Shown: positions 27,182 through 32,000 of the stretch, one piece after another | Numbering within the stretch: position 1 is the stretch's first letter | How the letters are laid out: each line of letters begins with the position of its first letter | DNA from: an uncultured archaeon | Lineage (GTDB): Archaea > Asgardarchaeota > Thorarchaeia > Thorarchaeales > Thorarchaeaceae | NCBI GenBank assembly: GCA_964648855.1 | Contig: CAZYLT010000014.1 | Location: forward strand, 35,762 to 67,761 | DNA: 32,000 nucleotides | Direction: 5' to 3' | Program-made: the position numbers and the translations under genes | The notes under the pieces: generated by a model | Database searches by the model: none | Seen by the model: the letters and a program-made list of their open reading frames with translations, nothing else | What the model was told of the DNA's origin: nothing

Positions 27182-28645
27182 ATGAAACATCCTCCGAGAA
27201 TATCCAAAAAACATGCTACAGATAGTGGAGATAGTATAGAATCTCTTAGAATCATCAAATCAGCAGCTGATATGTTATCTCACGGATTCCTTATTTATGA
27301 GAAACAAATTGCAAAGATAATTTATGTTAATGAAGCGGCGGAACGTATACTCGGATATCAATGCGACCAACTGATTGCAATGCCTAGTACGTTTCTGAAT
27401 AGGATTGTTCATCAGGAAGACCTGAATAAGGTGCAAGAATTTCTGAATGCAGATGAAGATGAGGGTTTTGAAAAGTCATCTCTGGAGTATAGATTCATCC
27501 GTGGTGATGGAGAAGTTATTTGGATCGAAATATTCAGAACAGAAACGAAATATAGCGACAAGGACTATGGAGCTTTTCTAATTTCAGAAATTACAGAGAA
27601 GAAGCTTCGTGAAGAAGATGTGGTCAGTAGAGAAGAGAGATACCGCCTGTTATATGAAAATCTTGCAGATGCTCTCTTTATTACAGATATTCGCGGCTAT
27701 ATTACAATGTGCAATTCTCAAGCGAGTAATCTGTTTGGTTATTCCGAAGCAGAGTTACTAGGGATGCATTTCAAGCAGCTTGTTCATCCTGATGTTCGTG
27801 AGTCAGTTCTCGATGCATTTAGGCTAGGACTTAAACGTCAAAGAACACGTAGTGAAGGAATGTTCGCAAAAGGAGTTAGAAAAGATGGCACAGCATTCTA
27901 CTATCACGTCACAAGTTCTTTGATGACTAGTGATGGGAAGCTCATTGGTTATCAATCACTCATTCGGGATATAACCGAAAGTAAACTTAGTGAGATGAAA
28001 GTGCGGCATTCAATGAAGGATCTCGAGCTTTATTCCTATTTCTTGAAACATGACATTCGTCATGAACTACAAATCATTGCTACATCTTCAGGCATCTTGT
28101 GTGAAATAAGCGATGTGCAAAGCCAAGCATATTCGAACTCTGAGATTATCAACAATTCGGTTGCTAGAATAAACAATATTCTCAGCTTCATGGACACAAG
28201 TGATATCACCCCCTCTGCTGGCGATATTATGAAAGATTTGGAAAAGAGCGCATTGCAAGCAATGAGGATTCATGAAAACCTGAATATTGTTCTGGAGATC
28301 AATCCGACTGTTAAGGATCATCCCCTTTCAAGAGGTGCCTTGATTGGACTTGTATTCAATAATCTATTTCAGAATGCCGCAATTCATGGCGGCAAAGAAG
28401 TCAATATGCGTGTTCAGGTTCAACTAGAGGATGATTCATTGTCGATGGATTTCATTGATGATGGAAAGGGTATTGCAGACGAAGTCCAGGCCTCTCTCTT
28501 CAAGAAGGGCGCATCAACTAATGGGACGGGCCTGGGCCTCTACCTCTCAAGACGAGTTGTCGAGGAGTATAACGGTAAGATTGAGTACATAGATAGTATA
28601 AATCCCGGAACAACATTTCGTCTTACTCTGCCTGTCGAGATATAG
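27182..28645 (+). CDS. Soluble PAS-PAS sensor histidine kinase
   Basis: Two PAS/PAC units (YVNEAAERILGY...VHQED...DGEVIW and N.QA..LFGYS..EL.G...VHPD...KDG). H-box HDIRH, N-box NLFQNA, DDGKG and GTGLGL are present. Confidence 0.92.
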   Translation: MKHPPRISKKHATDSGDSIESLRIIKSAADMLSHGFLIYEKQIAKIIYVNEAAERILGYQCDQLIAMPSTFLNRIVHQEDLNKVQEFLNADEDEGFEKSSLEYRFIRGDGEVIWIEIFRTETKYSDKDYGAFLISEITEKKLREEDVVSREERYRLLYENLADALFITDIRGYITMCNSQASNLFGYSEAELLGMHFKQLVHPDVRESVLDAFRLGLKRQRTRSEGMFAKGVRKDGTAFYYHVTSSLMTSDGKLIGYQSLIRDITESKLSEMKVRHSMKDLELYSYFLKHDIRHELQIIATSSGILCEISDVQSQAYSNSEIINNSVARINNILSFMDTSDITPSAGDIMKDLEKSALQAMRIHENLNIVLEINPTVKDHPLSRGALIGLVFNNLFQNAAIHGGKEVNMRVQVQLEDDSLSMDFIDDGKGIADEVQASLFKKGASTNGTGLGLYLSRRVVEEYNGKIEYIDSINPGTTFRLTLPVEI

Positions 28646-28739
28646 CGATTTACTATCATCTTTTGCACGCGTAAAGACCTGAGATTCCAACTTGTTCAAA
28701 ACTCGATAGAATAAAATTGGTTCGGCCTCTAGAGCAAAT

Positions 28740-29333
28740 ATGACTACTGAACGATTGCAGCGCCAGATTGATTTCATTATCCAGATTGACAAGGCAAAAC
28801 AGGTTCTAAGACAGACAGCTCTGGCTGATGGCTCGAGACAAGAAAACGATGCTGAACATTCATGGCATATAGCCACCATGGCATTTGTACTTGCTGAATA
28901 TGCCAATGAGAAAAGTCTGGATATGCTGCGCATTCTGAAGATGCTGCTTATCCACGATTTAGTGGAGATTGTTGCAGGAGATACATTTCTCTATGATAAG
29001 CAAGAGATTGAGAATCAGAAACAGAAGGATATGGAGGCCTCAGAGCGAATCTTTGGTCTATTGCCTGATGAACAAAAGGATAGTTTCCTCGACCTATGGC
29101 GAGAGTTTGAATATGGCACTACAGTAGAGGCAGAATATGCAAGAACAATGGATGCATTGCAACCAGTCATTCTTGCATTCCAGAACAAAGGATGGTCATG
29201 GAAGAAGCACAACGTTTCTGAGTCAGAGGTCCTAGCGCATAAGATTGGGATGCAAAATGGATCAAAGGAATTGTGGGACCTGTGCAGGAGTTTAATTCAT
29301 CAGGCTAGTGAAAGAGGCTATTTTTCAGAATGA
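28740..29333 (+). CDS. HD-domain hydrolase (YfbR/HDDC2-like 5'-deoxynucleotidase family)
   Basis: ENDAEHSW, HDLVEI.AGD, LWREFE and D.LQP. Confidence 0.88.
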   Translation: MTTERLQRQIDFIIQIDKAKQVLRQTALADGSRQENDAEHSWHIATMAFVLAEYANEKSLDMLRILKMLLIHDLVEIVAGDTFLYDKQEIENQKQKDMEASERIFGLLPDEQKDSFLDLWREFEYGTTVEAEYARTMDALQPVILAFQNKGWSWKKHNVSESEVLAHKIGMQNGSKELWDLCRSLIHQASERGYFSE

Positions 29334-29597
29334 TTAGAAATGTGAGCATCTCATGTGGCTGATAATTTGAGAGTTTCTTGATGAATTGCCGGGTTTCAAG
29401 CTAGTTTCTCACTTGTCTATACTTGAGCAATTCAATATCCGACATAAGATGCTAATTCAAAAGGATTAATAGGTACAATTACGAGAGATGTATTAACTAT
29501 GGTTAGCTCAACATACAACCGCGGAGGTGACATTGAAGCATGTCAACCTTCTTGCTACTAGTATGCGAATGTCATTTTCTTCGCGTGGTTGTGAGTT

Positions 29598-29604
29598 GAG
29601 GAGG
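29598..29604 (+). promoter_or_regulatory. Shine-Dalgarno-like sequence for the terminal CDS
   Basis: GAGGAGG lies 8 nt upstream of ATG 29613. Confidence 0.6.
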
Positions 29605-29612
29605 AAAAAACT

Positions 29613-32000
29613 ATGAAACAAAGATACATGACATACACTTTAGCGTTCATGCTGCTCATGTTTGCCTTCGCTCCGGCAATGCATTATCGGTATGTGACAA
29701 GTAACGATGATACTAGATATGATCCCTTCGATACCGATTTTGAAACAGCACAAGGACCTGTAGCGGAAATGAAGATCCCAATCAGTGAAGATGAATCTGT
29801 GGCTTCTAATCTTCCCACTACAAATCTCGATGGCAACGAGGCCCAAGGAGGCTTATTCGTTGGATATGAGTCGACTGATGGTTGGGCACGTTCATGGCTC
29901 AAGTTCGATCTAACGTTTTTGCCAGAGAATCTGGGGATTATTAGTGCTTCATTCATGGCATATCTCAATGCTGAATGGGATGATGCTGCTGATGGCGAAA
30001 TCGGACTCTATCATTCTGATAATAATACATGGAAGGACGATATGATCACATGGGACAATCAGCCTGCTTTTGCGACCGACCCAATGGACAGCATTAGCCC
30101 ACCATATGACATAACCGTTCAACGCTGGCATTCTTGGGACGTAACCACAGCATTGCTTGACGAGTTTCAAGGTGACCGCATCCTAAGTCTTGTCCTGAAA
30201 CAGGTATCTGAAACAGGTACGGACGAAACTTGGGAATACTTCGTTGAGAAGGAATATGACCAAATTAATGCTTCATACCTTGCCATAGAATATACCCTCC
30301 CCGAAACTCACGAATTGGAGGTTGATGGCTTCGACTCGTCACCGCATATTGACTACATTCAGAATTCAACTCCCACTCTCAGTTGGGCAACTGCTGACTC
30401 TGGAGCAGACGACAGTCAGATGGGCTATGAAGTAGAAGTGTGGGATAATGAGTATTTCAATGACACTAGAATGCTTGAGGAGAAGACAGGGGATGTTGAA
30501 ACGATATTCGATACAGGTGCAACAGCGAATACGCGACCTTTTGCCTCTGACTTGGAGTTCCGATTTCAATTAAAGTATTCCTCCAGTTTGTTGCCGCGGT
30601 CGGGTCTCATTGACAAGCTCTACTTTGGAGTCGAAGATGACTCTGGTATAGCCGTTTTCGAAGATTTAGAGATTCTAATAGCAAGCACTCTACACTCTGG
30701 TGACCTAGAGGCAGAATTTTCAGATAATTACAATGATTCAACTCCGATTCAAGTATTAAATAGACAAGTCTATGAAGCTGAAGTCATCGGGGGTTGGATG
30801 GTTTTCGACGTAGAGAATCATTTCTACTCCAATATTGCAAAGAACCTCATCATTGAGTTAAGATTCACAAACAATACAGGGACTCTAACTCGGGGACTCT
30901 ATACCAGCGGGGCCGGAGGTTCAGTGGCCTACGGTTACGGCGATGGAGCTTCGTATGAGTCTACTGCAACCTTTCTCTATGACAGAACTCACAACCTAAA
31001 GGTAGAATATGCGTCTGATGTTGTTTTTGAGGCTGGAGATGCTGTCCCAAACAGCTTCCCGTTCCGAACAGATATTGGCGAGCCTGGAGTACTTCAATTG
31101 ATGTACAATGCATCGATGATACAGGAGACAGGGGTAATTGATAGGCTATTCTTTGGAGCAGAATCTCTCGATTCTACAGCAATCTTTCAGGGCCTAACCG
31201 TGAGGCTCGTTGAAACACCTCACGAAGGTGAACTGAGCCATACAGATTTTGAATCCAATTATGGAGGCGAAGAGCCAACTATAGTGCTCCAAGAGGAATG
31301 GATTTCCATAGCAAACTTAGCAGGATCTGCTGTTCTGGATATTGATGATATATTCACATACACGGGTGAAAACAATCTTCTAATAGAGATGGAATGGGAC
31401 TCCCTCCTACAGCAGGGAGCCAATATCTTCAGAGGTCTAGATGCAGGAGGCTATCGTGCGTGGAATGTTACATGGTTTGGCTTGGATGAAGCGGGCAATG
31501 GCACTCGAACATATGACCTGCAGTTACAATTCGTCCATGATGTTACTGAGTTAATCTATGATGGCTCCGCACTAACTAACAACACTGAGTACTACTGGAG
31601 AGTGCGGACTATGGACACCATGGGGACATGGAGCGAATGGACCACTCAGAGCTTCACTTATGCAGTACTCACCAGTCAGCCAGAGTTTTCTGGTCTTGGA
31701 TTTACTCCCGACCCCGGAAGGGTGGGTGAACAGGTAACCGTGAGCATTGAAGTGACTTATCTACTGGGTATCGAGGCAGTATGGTTTGAGATAGACGGAA
31801 GCAATCACTCCATGACAGCTGATGGAGATACCTATTCCTACTCATGGACTCCAAGCAGCAGTGGCAACTTCTCTTATACAATCTATATGGAAAGCTCTAT
31901 TGGAACTTGGTCAACAACCAGTGGAATATTTGAAATCCAAGCGACCACTGGAATCATACCAGGTCTGCCAATTGATAATCAGACCCTCCTGTTGATTGTG
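29613..32000 (+). CDS. Large surface glycoprotein (signal peptide, DNRLRE/CBM96-like domain, FN3-like domain containing two tandem repeats, Ig-like domain); truncated by the window end
   Basis: Manual translation is open for 796 codons. It shows MKQRYMTYTLAFMLLMFAFAPA, RSWLKFDL...ITWDNQP...WDVT, TPTLSW...GYEVEVW and YYWRVRTMD..G.WSEW, with several N-x-S/T sequons. The window ends in QTLLLIV, probably the start of a TM anchor. Absent from the ORF track because no stop is reached. Confidence 0.88.
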   Translation, partial: MKQRYMTYTLAFMLLMFAFAPAMHYRYVTSNDDTRYDPFDTDFETAQGPVAEMKIPISEDESVASNLPTTNLDGNEAQGGLFVGYESTDGWARSWLKFDLTFLPENLGIISASFMAYLNAEWDDAADGEIGLYHSDNNTWKDDMITWDNQPAFATDPMDSISPPYDITVQRWHSWDVTTALLDEFQGDRILSLVLKQVSETGTDETWEYFVEKEYDQINASYLAIEYTLPETHELEVDGFDSSPHIDYIQNSTPTLSWATADSGADDSQMGYEVEVWDNEYFNDTRMLEEKTGDVETIFDTGATANTRPFASDLEFRFQLKYSSSLLPRSGLIDKLYFGVEDDSGIAVFEDLEILIASTLHSGDLEAEFSDNYNDSTPIQVLNRQVYEAEVIGGWMVFDVENHFYSNIAKNLIIELRFTNNTGTLTRGLYTSGAGGSVAYGYGDGASYESTATFLYDRTHNLKVEYASDVVFEAGDAVPNSFPFRTDIGEPGVLQLMYNASMIQETGVIDRLFFGAESLDSTAIFQGLTVRLVETPHEGELSHTDFESNYGGEEPTIVLQEEWISIANLAGSAVLDIDDIFTYTGENNLLIEMEWDSLLQQGANIFRGLDAGGYRAWNVTWFGLDEAGNGTRTYDLQLQFVHDVTELIYDGSALTNNTEYYWRVRTMDTMGTWSEWTTQSFTYAVLTSQPEFSGLGFTPDPGRVGEQVTVSIEVTYLLGIEAVWFEIDGSNHSMTADGDTYSYSWTPSSSGNFSYTIYMESSIGTWSTTSGIFEIQATTGIIPGLPIDNQTLLLIV

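Noticed and set aside
29334-29612. Possible ncRNA or small ORF in the 279-bp intergenic region (imperfect GGTGACAT...ATGTCAACC stem)
   Set aside because: Only a short imperfect stem and ORFs of about 20 codons are present; no recognisable RNA family.
29640-30569. Four short minus-strand ORFs in the track
   Set aside because: All are antisense to the long open plus-strand surface-protein gene starting at 29613.
1-32000. CRISPR array, IS element, prophage, tRNA or rRNA
   Set aside because: No regularly spaced direct repeats, transposase, integrase or capsid motifs, or structural RNA signatures were seen by eye. The NTase has no adjacent HEPN or CBASS effector gene, so a toxin-antitoxin or defence call is not supported.

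Overview
Gene-dense archaeal chromosomal segment. Archaeal-type FEN1, a single-OB SSB, a W/Mo aldehyde:ferredoxin oxidoreductase and TATA-like promoters support an archaeal origin. An Asgard/Thorarchaeia-like peptide fermenter is my inference, not shown by the sequence. No rRNA, tRNA, CRISPR array, transposase or integrase was recognised. The left third (1.4-11.5 kb) is a catabolic island. A metallophosphoesterase and a Pol-beta-like nucleotidyltransferase-fold gene are transcribed back-to-back from two identical 11-bp TATA-like boxes, and each is followed by a DUF917 (thiohydantoin desulfurase-type) paralogue. A hydantoin-type racemase follows, and a convergent ferredoxin-AOR-LLM oxidoreductase-MFS run closes the island. 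This is the best candidate for an undescribed system. The middle holds a FEN1-like nuclease lacking a PIP box, pcm, an isoaspartyl peptidase, and an SSB followed by a start-less out-of-frame Thr-linker/TM-anchor segment. Peptidases S9 and M3B, a creatininase-family gene and several membrane proteins come next. The right part encodes DUF3795, Mpg, a class-III aminotransferase paired with an Ord-like dehydrogenase, an orphan PAS histidine kinase and an HD hydrolase. It ends in a large surface protein, truncated by the window edge, with two repeats nested inside an FN3-like domain. Family assignments come from motifs read by eye; no database search was run.
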